A stretch of 64,000 nt of DNA, taken from the NCBI GenBank assembly GCA_963840035.1, contig CAWIXE010000002.1, positions 192,001 through 256,000 on the forward strand, given 5' to 3'. Source of the stretch: a candidate division FCPU426 bacterium (GTDB taxonomy: Bacteria > Oederibacteriota > PGYV01 > Palsa-1178). The notes beneath the pieces were generated by a model. That model saw only the letters and a program-made list of their open reading frames with translations. It was not told the origin of the DNA and ran no database searches. How positions within the stretch are numbered: position 1 is the first letter of the stretch; each line of letters opens with the position of its first letter. Below are positions 39,200-48,745 of this stretch, in pieces. A program made the translations under genes and the position numbers.

Positions 39200-40429
39200 A
39201 TGAAAAAATGGATGGCAATATTTATTTTTGTTTCCGCTGTTATTTTCCTTTTGCTTACCTTCCGGCCTACAATCGACAAGAAAAGCTACGATGACGCGGT
39301 TGACCTTGGGCTGATAAAGAAAGACCCGAATTTCATCATAAAAGGCGGCGGCGGGGATTCTTACTCAAAGACAAAACCATATCCCGGCACTACGGAGGTG
39401 GTAAGGGAAGCGCAGCCACAGCCGGATTGCTCAAATTATATGAATGCCGATGCTGTCCTTAAAGACCCCCAGGGCGCTTTTGAATGCGCCATATACCCAT
39501 ACTCTTTTGTGGACCCTGTTGAGGGCCGGATAAAACTGCTTGAAATAATGGCCGAAGCAGGACTGCCTGAGACACTTACATATAAAAAAGACCGTTTTCA
39601 ATTTTGCATGATGCCCAAAGTCTATGAACTGCTTGCCAGGGCTTATCTCAAAAAAGGGGAACTCCAAAAAGCTGTCATGTATTTTGACCGTATCATAGCC
39701 TCGGACTGTAAGGGATTTGAACAGCGCTCGCTTGACGGGCCCATAAGCGTTACCGCCACAGGCGAAGGATATGTCATGAAAATCGAGGCGTATAACGGCA
39801 TAAATGAAAACATGCGGAACCCGGACTATGTTAAAACTTATGAACCGGATTATGGAAAAGCCATATTGGCTGAAAAAGAGCTCATAACAAAACTTGACGG
39901 TGTTGAGCGCGGATGCTGGGAGTGCTGCGGTTCCGGTTTTGAGATCACTGCCATGTATTACATGAATAATTCTCTTGTTGGGAAAAAGGCCGGTTTTAAT
40001 GAATGGATGGGGGCTGCGGAGTGGCTGCAAAAGAACAGTAAAAACAAAAAGGAAATAGCCGGTTTCATGCTGCGAATGGGGGCCTATTTTATGTCCGCCG
40101 GGGATGAAGAGAGCGCTTTAAAGACATATGAGAAGCTGGCGGGTGATTACCCATATCTTTTCCAGGAGCAGGATGTGGCTTACTGTAAGGCGAAATTCTA
40201 CAGCCTGGAAGCTGTATTAAACATGATAAGGATATATGAAAAGAGAAAAGACGGGGAAGCGAAGATAAAGGGCTTGATGGGCAGGCTGAGGATTATTAGC
40301 GCGGAAATAGAAAAACATCTGGAGCTGCTGAAGAAAAACACGGCGTATGGAGATGAGGCTGAGTTTTCAAGGAAAGAAATGCATGATTTAATCAGCAAGG
40401 ATTACGGGATAGTTCTAACGGACAAATAG
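39200..40429 (+). CDS. Hypothetical exported/membrane-anchored protein, TPR-like helical
   Basis: N-terminal hydrophobic segment; LARAYLKKGELQKAVMYF and MGAYFMSAGDEESALKTYEKL TPR-like segments; flanked by gtagccgcagcc REP copies at 39129 and 40442. Confidence 0.7.
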   Translation: MKKWMAIFIFVSAVIFLLLTFRPTIDKKSYDDAVDLGLIKKDPNFIIKGGGGDSYSKTKPYPGTTEVVREAQPQPDCSNYMNADAVLKDPQGAFECAIYPYSFVDPVEGRIKLLEIMAEAGLPETLTYKKDRFQFCMMPKVYELLARAYLKKGELQKAVMYFDRIIASDCKGFEQRSLDGPISVTATGEGYVMKIEAYNGINENMRNPDYVKTYEPDYGKAILAEKELITKLDGVERGCWECCGSGFEITAMYYMNNSLVGKKAGFNEWMGAAEWLQKNSKNKKEIAGFMLRMGAYFMSAGDEESALKTYEKLAGDYPYLFQEQDVAYCKAKFYSLEAVLNMIRIYEKRKDGEAKIKGLMGRLRIISAEIEKHLELLKKNTAYGDEAEFSRKEMHDLISKDYGIVLTDK

Positions 40430-40585
40430 GTTCGCGGCCTTGTAGCCGCAGCCTTTAGGTTGCGAAATAATTGGCGTTGGATTATGAATGTTTGTCGTGA
40501 TTTTGGAAGAGGTTAAGAGACAGGAGTAAGGCGTAATGATTTGGTTTACTTTTGTCTCCAGTCTCTTGTCTCGTATTACCTAAAT

Positions 40586-40615
40586 AAAAAAGGCGGGCAT
40601 TTGGCCCGCCTTTTT
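40586..40615. terminator. Bidirectional terminator between convergent genes
   Basis: aaaaaaggcgggc-atttg-gcccgccttttt. Confidence 0.85.
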
Positions 40616-40683
40616 GTTTTATTTACACAACCCCATGTTGTATATAGCTTAAAATGGTCTACAAATATGCTTATGCTTTAAAA

Positions 40684-41433
40684 TCATGTGGTATAAAGTC
40701 TGAAATCATCGGCGAATATCGTGAATACCTTTATACCCAGCGCTGAGGTTGACAGGTAACGGAAGACTATTTCAATTTTTGTAACGGATGTCACGACTGA
40801 CGCGGCTGTGTATGAGGAACCGGCCGGAACAGCTGTGGAAGAGTCTGCCATGGAGCCGTAACTGTATGAAGTTAGAGCGGCAAATACAGGCGACACAGCC
40901 ATCCAGGCTGTGCTGTATGCTACCTGGCCTTTGGAATTGTAGAAGAATGTCTTGTGTTCCAGGCCGGAACTGTTTGTACAGCGCATGTTTCCGACGAACA
41001 TGTTGTTATTGGCCGAGAGGTCCGCTGGATTGTTCAGTGTCAAAACAAGCGTGACATAACCGCAGTTTGTGTAAGCCATATCGAGCGCGTGAATGCCGCT
41101 TGTAGCCGGGTAGGGCATGGCAGTGGTGACTGTCGCCGTCAGCGCCAGCATGTAACTGCCGTTTGTGCCGCCGTCAGTGCCGGTTAAGCCGATTTCCGGC
41201 ATAGGCGAGGTGCCGCCGTCAGCCGCGTCGTTTGAAGCTGAGAATGTTCCTGTTACTGTGCCGGTGGTGAAGGCAAGCGTGTTGCTTTCAAAACCCCCGA
41301 ATGTCGCGCCTGAAGCAAAAGCGTAAGGAGTGGCCTCGGGTTCCGGCGTGGACGGGTTGTTCTTTTTACAGCCGGTGGATGATACAAATAATGTCATGAC
41401 GAAAACAAGAAATAGAGCTAAGATTTTTTTCAT
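40684..41433 (-). CDS. Hypothetical lipoprotein, CBM/CIA30-like beta-sandwich
   Basis: MKKILALFLVFVMTLFVSSTG-CKKNNP behind GGAGG; ends FADDFRLY. Confidence 0.75.
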   Translation of the reverse strand: MKKILALFLVFVMTLFVSSTGCKKNNPSTPEPEATPYAFASGATFGGFESNTLAFTTGTVTGTFSASNDAADGGTSPMPEIGLTGTDGGTNGSYMLALTATVTTAMPYPATSGIHALDMAYTNCGYVTLVLTLNNPADLSANNNMFVGNMRCTNSSGLEHKTFFYNSKGQVAYSTAWMAVSPVFAALTSYSYGSMADSSTAVPAGSSYTAASVVTSVTKIEIVFRYLSTSALGIKVFTIFADDFRLYTT

Positions 41434-41771
41434 TGTTCCTCCCCTTATTATTGATGAGTTGAATATATCATAAAAACCGCAGGACATAAAGCAAAATATC
41501 GACCGGCCGGCGGGTTTTACTTTTAGTTGTGACAAACGTTGACGGGCGCATAATATGCGCCGCTACAAGAACGGCTGATTTTGCAGCGGCAGGATATTAT
41601 CCCGCCGACAGCAAGGCGTGTTATTACCCGGGAGAAGGGTTTCCGGGGTTGTTATCTCTCCAAACTTCCACGAATAAAGTCTATACAAAACGGATTTCCG
41701 GACTATATATACCTGTCTGCGGATGTTATCTTTCTTTTAAGGTAAAGTTCTTAAAAACCAAGGAGGATAAG

Positions 41772-42314
41772 ATGAAAAGATTGGTATTATTATCTGTATT
41801 TGCATTTGCAACATCCATGGCTTTTTGCGCGACGGACGAGGCTAAGGCTGAGGCTTCGGCTCAGGAGACGGTTACAGCGGGGCAGATAAAGGCCGTTAAG
41901 AACTTCTCACCTGAGGAAAAGGCTGAGGTAAAGGGCGTAATAGTAGAGAAAATCAAGGCTATAATTGACGAGAAAAAGGAAGTAAAGACAAAGAAAATAT
42001 CAAAAAAATACATCAAGATATCCAAAAAACTTTTTGAAAAATCAGCCCTTGAGCTGAAAAACGGCGAGACAGCACAGGCCACGGTAACAGCGGGCGAGGC
42101 GCAGGCTGAAGCGACAAAAGAAGCCGCGGCAGACTCTGTTACGGCAAAAGAAAAGAAGGCAAAGAGCGCCAAAATAGCAAAAGAAGAGATAAAACAGGAC
42201 TTAAAGGCAGTAAATGAGGAGATTCAGGAACGTAAGGATATAAATAAGGAAATTAAAGCGGGAACAATCGAAGATATGAGCGGAACGCCTCCGTCGGACG
42301 TAAAGAAAAAATAG
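41772..42314 (+). CDS. Secreted Lys/Glu/Ala-rich low-complexity protein (paralog of 43223)
   Basis: AGGAGG RBS; signal peptide MKRLVLLSVFAFATSMAFCA; shared ~35-aa motif with 43223. Confidence 0.8.
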   Translation: MKRLVLLSVFAFATSMAFCATDEAKAEASAQETVTAGQIKAVKNFSPEEKAEVKGVIVEKIKAIIDEKKEVKTKKISKKYIKISKKLFEKSALELKNGETAQATVTAGEAQAEATKEAAADSVTAKEKKAKSAKIAKEEIKQDLKAVNEEIQERKDINKEIKAGTIEDMSGTPPSDVKKK

Positions 42315-42343
42315 CGTTTTAACAGATAACAGGGCTGCTTGTG

Positions 42344-42385
42344 GAAGCAGGCCCCTTAAAAGGGGCCTGCTTCTTTAATTTTTTC
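42344..42385 (+). terminator. Rho-independent terminator
   Basis: gaagcaggcccct-taaa-aggggcctgcttc + T-rich tail. Confidence 0.85.
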
Positions 42386-42673
42386 CTCCGGCAAATATTT
42401 TTTATCATTTCCATGCGATGACACCGCGCCGCGCCGGACTTGATTTTTCGCGGGGCATATGGTATATCATCTTTAAGGGTTGTGCAAAATGCCCGCCCGG
42501 ATGGCCGATGAAAAATTCCGGGCGCAGGGAACTCACTCAAACTGTCTAAAATTCTCCCTTAATAGCCTAAAATATACGTTTGCCTTGACTGCACAGCCCG
42601 GTTTTTGCCGTTTAAATTTATTGCGGGGAGGTGGGAATCTGTAAGGGCTGCAGTAAAAAAAAGGGAGGAAGAC

Positions 42674-43210
42674 ATGAAGAAAATTCCAATGCTTTTTTTT
42701 GTGTTTGTGCTGGTTTTATTTTGCGCTTCGGCATATGTCGCGGCGGCTGACAGGCAATGGGCGGACGCGTGGCAGGGAGTGCCGTGGAGTGATGATAAAA
42801 CGGACAGGATGATGGACAAAATGCGCGTGGATTTTGACTCGCTGTTAAAGGACTCCTTTAAGCCTGAGATGAACGCGCAGGCAGGTTTTCCGGTGAATGT
42901 CTGGGATGACAAGGAGAACATTTATGTGGAGGCAACAGTGCCTGGCCGGGAACTGAAGGATATATCGGTCAATGTCGAGGACGGGCGGGTGCTGACCATC
43001 GAGGCAAAAGGCAGGAACAAGGAAGAGGAAAAAAGCAGGAATTTTTACAGGGCGGAGTTTTTTGTGGGGGACCTGGTAAGGCAGGTGCAGCTTCCATATC
43101 TCGTGGATACAGCCGGGACAGCGGCGAAATACGAGAACGGAATACTCAAATTGACGCTGCCTAAAAAAGAGAAACTGGAAAAAAGCAAGATAAAAATTGA
43201 AATAAAATAA
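42674..43210 (+). CDS. Hsp20/alpha-crystallin small heat-shock protein with N-terminal signal peptide
   Basis: FPVNVWDDKENIYVEATVPG...DISV; AKYENGILKLTLPK; C-terminal IEIK (IxI); N-terminus MKKIPMLFFVFVLVLFCASAYVAAA. Confidence 0.9.
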   Translation: MKKIPMLFFVFVLVLFCASAYVAAADRQWADAWQGVPWSDDKTDRMMDKMRVDFDSLLKDSFKPEMNAQAGFPVNVWDDKENIYVEATVPGRELKDISVNVEDGRVLTIEAKGRNKEEEKSRNFYRAEFFVGDLVRQVQLPYLVDTAGTAAKYENGILKLTLPKKEKLEKSKIKIEIK

Positions 43211-43222
43211 AAGGGGGAATTC

Positions 43223-43774
43223 ATGAAAAAGATTATTGTGTTGCTGGCGCTGGTTTTCGTTTCAGCTTTAGGATTGCAGGCTGCCATGGAAACTAAGGCG
43301 GCTGAAAGCGCGGAAAAGGCTGTTGTGGCCGGGGATGTTAAGGAAGTAAAGACCGTGACCGCGGCGGAAAAGACGGAGATGAAGGCTGCCGCGCAGGAAA
43401 AGGCTTTGGCAGGGAAAGAAAAAAAGCAGGCTTTAAAAGACGAGGCTAAGGCAAAGATGGAAAAGAGGCTCTCCTCAAAACTTTTTAAGAAGTCGAAACT
43501 GGAGCTGAAAAAAGGCGAGACAGCGCAGGCTACTGTCACAGCCGGCGAAGCTCAGGCTGAAGCCACAAAGGAAGCCATAGAAGACTCCAAAGCCGCGGAG
43601 GAACTCAAGGTATCTGCGGAGGATAAGGTGAAATCCGCTGAAGACATGAAAGCCGCGGAAATGGAAAAAGCCGAGGCAAAGAAACTTAAAAAAGGGATAA
43701 AAGCCACTGAAACTGAGGAAGCGGGCGAAACAAAAGAACAGGAAATGAAGGAAAAGGACGAGTATAAAAAATAA
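43223..43774 (+). CDS. Secreted Lys/Glu/Ala-rich low-complexity protein (paralog of 41772)
   Basis: Signal peptide MKKIIVLLALVFVSALGLQA; KLFKKSKLELKKGETAQATVTAGEAQAEATKEA. Confidence 0.8.
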   Translation: MKKIIVLLALVFVSALGLQAAMETKAAESAEKAVVAGDVKEVKTVTAAEKTEMKAAAQEKALAGKEKKQALKDEAKAKMEKRLSSKLFKKSKLELKKGETAQATVTAGEAQAEATKEAIEDSKAAEELKVSAEDKVKSAEDMKAAEMEKAEAKKLKKGIKATETEEAGETKEQEMKEKDEYKK

Positions 43775-43787
43775 GGCGTATTGGCCT

Positions 43788-43823
43788 ATAACGGGCTCCC
43801 CTGCGGGGAGCCCGTTATTTTTT
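43788..43823 (+). terminator. Rho-independent terminator
   Basis: ataacgggctcccc-tgc-ggggagcccgttat + T-tract. Confidence 0.85.
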
Positions 43824-43860
43824 AGGGCCGTTTGAACGGCCATAGTATCAAGGAAAATTT

Positions 43861-43888
43861 GAACAAACGGCCGGATATAAGCGTCTAA
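43861..43888 (+). promoter_or_regulatory. Candidate ECF (sigmaE-like) promoter upstream of second TolC
   Basis: GAACAA-16-GTCTAA, same geometry as 29827. Confidence 0.5.
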
Positions 43889-43994
43889 TATCTGCATTTA
43901 TAAATATTCCATACATATCCGCCTGTATTGATTGTTGTCCGGGCCTGTGATATCATAATAAACGTTCTAAAAACCAATTAAGGCGGTATGAAAA

Positions 43995-45236
43995 GTGAAA
44001 AAAGTGACGGTAATCCTGGGATTTTTATTTCTGACAGCCGGACTTATGGCTGAGGAAGCGGCCCTTAAAGCCATTTCCTACGAAGACTGCGTAAAAACGG
44101 CACTTGCCAACAGTTTTGACTACAAGATACAGTCCGAAAAGCTAAATCAGGCGAATCTTGACAGGTTAAAAGCCGTCGGCGGGATACTGCCTGAGATCAC
44201 CTTGAACCACAACCGTTTTTATGATTACGGGTCCTCATTAAGCGACAACGGTTGGGACACATCCATATCAGCCACGCAGCCCGTCTTTTACGGGTTTTCA
44301 AAACTATTCACCATATCCCAGATGGACAGGACCGCGGTAAAAGAAGAGTGGAACCTGGCCGCGCTGAAAAAAACCATTGCGCAGGACACGGCTGACGCTT
44401 TTTTTGGGCTTGCTTCGGCTCAGGCTGACCTTTTAAATACCCGCGAGGCTTTTGACGTAATGACTGAGAGGGTGAAGGAACTAAAACAGCGGGAAGCGCT
44501 CGGCAAGACGCGCCTTTCCGAACTCTACTCCACGCAGGCAAGCGCCGCTGTCCTTGCGGCCCAGCTCAAACAGGCCGAGGCAGCTGTCGAAGCTGCGTCT
44601 GACAATCTTGCTTCCGTAATAAACGCGGACAATACCGTCATCATACAGCCTGTGGATACAGGCGCTGCGGCGCCGGACATGGACAGGGATAAGGCTGTAA
44701 ACGGCCAGCCTGAGATAAAGGCGGCAATTGCCGCCATAGAGGCGGAGTCGAGCAGGATTAACGCGCTCCACAGCGCGTTCCTTCCGCAGGTGGACCTTTC
44801 AGTTTCAAGGCAGCTTGGTCACAGCGGTATAAGCGCGCCGTCGCCGGCAAATTACAGCCTCACGCTCATGGCAAACTGGCCGCTTTTTGAAGGGGGCGCC
44901 AGGGTTTTTGAAGCCATGAAAGGCTACTCAGCAGAGGAAAGCTTAAAGCAGCAGAAACTGCAGATGTTAAAAACGGTATTATACGACCTGAAGGCAAAGG
45001 CGAGGAATTATGAGGCGTCAGCGGCGAGAGTTGTGGCTTTAAAGGAAGCATATGATAAATCCCAGGCAAGTTATAAACTCCAGGAAAAGGATTTCAGGTA
45101 CGGCATGGCGACAAACATAGAAGTCATGCAGGCCATGGCGGATTTGACGAACATAAAGACATCATACGACAGGGAAATAATAACGAAGGAAAAAAACAGG
45201 GCGCTGCTTGGCATAATGGCGGAAAACGGCAGATAA
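43995..45236 (+). CDS. TolC-family outer-membrane efflux protein
   Basis: Signal peptide; LPEITL..QPVFYG and FLPQVDLS..WPLFEGG OEP repeats. Confidence 0.88.
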   Translation: MKKVTVILGFLFLTAGLMAEEAALKAISYEDCVKTALANSFDYKIQSEKLNQANLDRLKAVGGILPEITLNHNRFYDYGSSLSDNGWDTSISATQPVFYGFSKLFTISQMDRTAVKEEWNLAALKKTIAQDTADAFFGLASAQADLLNTREAFDVMTERVKELKQREALGKTRLSELYSTQASAAVLAAQLKQAEAAVEAASDNLASVINADNTVIIQPVDTGAAAPDMDRDKAVNGQPEIKAAIAAIEAESSRINALHSAFLPQVDLSVSRQLGHSGISAPSPANYSLTLMANWPLFEGGARVFEAMKGYSAEESLKQQKLQMLKTVLYDLKAKARNYEASAARVVALKEAYDKSQASYKLQEKDFRYGMATNIEVMQAMADLTNIKTSYDREIITKEKNRALLGIMAENGR

Positions 45237-45394
45237 AATTTGAAATCTAAAATTTTAAATTTGAAATTGAGGGCGAAAAGAAGCTGCCTGAGAATACGTT
45301 GAAATGCGTTAAAATTTCTGCTCGGATGGATGGTTATCAAACGCGTGTACGCTTTATGTTTCAATTTTAAATCTTAAATTTTAAATCTTAAATT
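45237..45394. repeat. Heptamer-period AT-rich inverted repeat between tolC and first RND gene
   Basis: Arm 45237-45270 (aatttgaaatctaaaattttaaatttgaaattga) pairs imperfectly with 45361-45394; ~90-nt loop. Confidence 0.7.
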
Positions 45395-45408
45395 CACAAG
45401 GAGTTTAC

Positions 45409-48400
45409 ATGACCCTCTCAGACCTTTCAATAAAGAACCCGGTTTTAGCCTGGATGATCTTCATCGGCGTGCTGGTATTCGGCGCCATATCTTACTACGG
45501 CATGGGCGTATCACAGATGCCTGATGTGGATTTTCCTCAGTTGTCCGTTTCCACCAGCTGGCCGGGCGCTTCGCCTGAAGCAGTAGAGTCCACCATTACT
45601 GACTCGCTTGAGCAGTCCATTTTGGGCGTTGAAGGCGTTACTGAGATTACGTCCTCCTCGAGCAGGGGGCGCTCTTCCATTACCATTCAGTTTGACTTAA
45701 ACCGGAACATTGACGTGGCTTTGCAGGATCTGCAGGCAAAGCTGGCAAATGCCGCGCATGAACTGCCGGACGACGTGGAACTGCCGACGATCAGCAAGAG
45801 GAATTCGGACTCATCACCCATAATGTGGATTGCCATATCAGGCAACAAGACCCCCAAGTATATAATGGAATACACGCGCGACCACTTGAAGGACGCCTTT
45901 ACCACCATACCGGGAGTGGCGGAAATATTCATGGGCGGCTACCGCGAACCCGTGTTCCGCGTGTGGCTCGACCCGAAAGCCATGAAACAAAAGGAAATAC
46001 TTGTTGACGATATCGTCACAGCCATTAATACGGGCCATAAGGAAGTGCCAGCGGGCTATGTGGATACTGGCATAAAGGAAATAAACATAAGGGTCCCGGG
46101 CGAGGCCGGCACTGTCGAGGAATTCTCCTCCATTATAATACCCTCGCGCAAAGGCTCTTCCATGTGGAAGCCTTTCAAGATAGGCGATGTGGCCCTGGTA
46201 GAAGACGGGCTTGAGGATATAAGGGGCTACGCGCGTTCAAACGGCGACCCCGCGGTGGGCCTGGGAGTCTTAAAACAGCCCGGCACAAACTCCATAGAAG
46301 TGGCAAAAAATATAAAAAAGAAAATCGCCGCGCTGCAGAAAGAGCTGCCAGAGGGCATGAAAATGCAGGTGCGTTTTGACGCCACGCAGTTCGTGGAAGA
46401 GTCGTCAAAGGAAATGAACAACATCATAATCCTCTCTGTCATACTTACATCGCTGGTATGCTGGCTCTTTTTAGGGTCCTTTGGCTCGGCTGTTAATGTC
46501 TTTTTAACCATTCCCATGTCCATATTCGGCTCGTTTTTTGTCATGAGGATCATGGGCTTCACCTTAAATACGTTCACGTTCCTCGCGCTTACGCTAGTTA
46601 TAGGCATAGTAGTGGACGACGCCATCATGATGATTGAAAATATCACGAGGCACAGGGAAGCTGGCGAGAATAAAGTGCGCGCGGCCATCAAAGGCGCGCG
46701 GGAAATAACCTTCGCGGCAATTGCCGCCACCGTGGCCATACTTGCCATATTCATACCCGTTATATTCATGAAAGGCGTCATAGGCAGGTACTTCTTCCAG
46801 TTCGGCGTGACCATATCGGTTGCCGTGGTATTTTCACTGCTGGGCGCGCTGACCTTGACTCCCATGTACGCGGCTCAGTTCCTTCCTGCCCTTCATAAGA
46901 CCGGGAAAAAGCCGTTCATGGAAACGTTTATGGACAACTTCAGGGACTGGTATAAAAAAGTGCTGAAGGTCTGCCTTGAAAACAGGTGGAAAGTCGTTAT
47001 AGCCGCGCTTGTGTTTTTTGCCGTATCAATGGTATTTGCCGTGCTTGTTAAAAGGGAGTTCGTGCCGTCCATGGACGTGGGTGTCATAAACATAAACATC
47101 AGGACCGCGCCGGGTTCTTCCATAACTTACACAAATAACGTAATGCTTGAGGCGGAAAAAATTGTGTCGCAGAGGAAGGATATATCAGCGTATTTTGCCA
47201 ACGTGGGCGGCTGGTCCACCAGCGTTTCTGTCACCATGTTTGACTTAAATAAAAGGCCGAAGGACCCGAAGAAAAAAAGGCCGCTGACACAGCAGGAGAT
47301 ATCCACGGAACTCAGGAATTCGTTAAAGGCGGTAAAAGGCGTTGTGGCTGTTTCCATACAGGACATGTCACAGTCAGGCTTCACAGCCCGCCGCGGATTT
47401 CCCATAGAATTTACCCTGATGGGCCCCAACTGGGACAAGCTCATAGAATTAAGCGCCATGCTGACAACGGAAATGGAGAAGACAGGATATATGGTTGACG
47501 CTGACACGGATTACAGGCCGGGCGTTAATGAGGAAGTAGTAAAGCCTGACAGGAAAAAACTTTTTGAGCGCGGTCTGACCATAGACACGGTCTCAACCGC
47601 CATAAATGCCTTATACGGCGGCATCACAGCCGGAAAATTCACAAAAAACGGAAAGCGTTACGACATAAAAGTCCAGCTCGACCCGACAAAGAGGATGGAC
47701 TTAAACGACTTAAAAAATATAATGGTAAGGAACAGCCGCGGAGAGCTCATACGCTTAGGCGAGGTAATAACCATGTCAGAAGAGCCCACGGTTAACTCAA
47801 TAACCCGCCTTAACAGGCAGAGGGCTATCAGGATATCAGCCAATATCGCGCCGGGCAAGGCGCAGGGCGACGCCATGAAAGAAGTGGAAAAGCTGGCAAA
47901 GACGCTGCCTGAGGGTTATGTTACGGCATTCACCGGAAGCTCGCAGACATTCCAGGAGTCATTCAGCAGCCTGGGCATGGTGCTATTGCTGGGTATCTTT
48001 GTGGCGTACATGGTATTAGGCTCGCAGTTTAACAGTTTTGTCCATCCGATATCCGTATTAATGGCATTACCATTCTCCGCCTCAGGCGCGTTCATCGCGC
48101 TGTTTTTAAGCGGGAAGACATTAAATATTTACAGCGCCATAGGCCTGATACTTTTAATGGGCATAGTAAAAAAGAACTCGATTTTGCTTGTTGATTTTAC
48201 CAATCAACGAAGGGAAGAAGGGCTAAGTGTGAAGGATGCGCTATTATCAGCGTGCCCTGTAAGGCTGCGCCCCATCATAATGACCTCGGTGTCCACAATA
48301 GCCGCGGCCATCCCGCCCGCGCTTGCCATGGGAATGGGAGCGGAAACGCGCGTGCCCATGTCAATCGTGGTCATAGGCGGAGTGTTGTTCTCAACGTTCC

Positions 48401-48531
48401 TAACGCTCTTCGTGGTCCCGTGCGTTTACAGCCTGCTGTCAAACCTGGAAAGCAAAGCGCACCAGCAGGAAGTGCATGATGCGATGAAGGAACTGGCAGT
48501 AATCGAGGGGCCGGTAAAAAAGAAGAAGTGA
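45409..48531 (+). CDS. RND efflux permease (AcrB/MdtB-C-like)
   Basis: MPDVDFP, GIVVDDAIMMIENI, GIVKKNSILLVDF, RLRPIIMT. Confidence 0.95.
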   Translation: MTLSDLSIKNPVLAWMIFIGVLVFGAISYYGMGVSQMPDVDFPQLSVSTSWPGASPEAVESTITDSLEQSILGVEGVTEITSSSSRGRSSITIQFDLNRNIDVALQDLQAKLANAAHELPDDVELPTISKRNSDSSPIMWIAISGNKTPKYIMEYTRDHLKDAFTTIPGVAEIFMGGYREPVFRVWLDPKAMKQKEILVDDIVTAINTGHKEVPAGYVDTGIKEINIRVPGEAGTVEEFSSIIIPSRKGSSMWKPFKIGDVALVEDGLEDIRGYARSNGDPAVGLGVLKQPGTNSIEVAKNIKKKIAALQKELPEGMKMQVRFDATQFVEESSKEMNNIIILSVILTSLVCWLFLGSFGSAVNVFLTIPMSIFGSFFVMRIMGFTLNTFTFLALTLVIGIVVDDAIMMIENITRHREAGENKVRAAIKGAREITFAAIAATVAILAIFIPVIFMKGVIGRYFFQFGVTISVAVVFSLLGALTLTPMYAAQFLPALHKTGKKPFMETFMDNFRDWYKKVLKVCLENRWKVVIAALVFFAVSMVFAVLVKREFVPSMDVGVININIRTAPGSSITYTNNVMLEAEKIVSQRKDISAYFANVGGWSTSVSVTMFDLNKRPKDPKKKRPLTQQEISTELRNSLKAVKGVVAVSIQDMSQSGFTARRGFPIEFTLMGPNWDKLIELSAMLTTEMEKTGYMVDADTDYRPGVNEEVVKPDRKKLFERGLTIDTVSTAINALYGGITAGKFTKNGKRYDIKVQLDPTKRMDLNDLKNIMVRNSRGELIRLGEVITMSEEPTVNSITRLNRQRAIRISANIAPGKAQGDAMKEVEKLAKTLPEGYVTAFTGSSQTFQESFSSLGMVLLLGIFVAYMVLGSQFNSFVHPISVLMALPFSASGAFIALFLSGKTLNIYSAIGLILLMGIVKKNSILLVDFTNQRREEGLSVKDALLSACPVRLRPIIMTSVSTIAAAIPPALAMGMGAETRVPMSIVVIGGVLFSTFLTLFVVPCVYSLLSNLESKAHQQEVHDAMKELAVIEGPVKKKK

Positions 48532-48745
48532 ACGTTAGGCTCAAAGCTCAAGCGGAAGCAGGAAGCGTGCGGGCTCAAGCGCTCAAGGGGTTGTTTGGCT
48601 TTTGTAGGCTGCATCCCCTTAATCCGTTTTAAGGCCACGCTCAGTTGATTATTTGATATTAATCTGCTATATTTATATAAGCTAATCATACTTGTCCGAC
48701 AAAATCCGGCTAAAAAATACTATATTCCTTTAAAAAGGAGTTACC

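Noticed and set aside
41570..41760. Riboswitch or ncRNA in the divergent intergenic region
   Set aside because: Small hairpins and repeated (a/g)TTATC words are present, but I could not match them to any known riboswitch consensus; an Rfam search would be needed.
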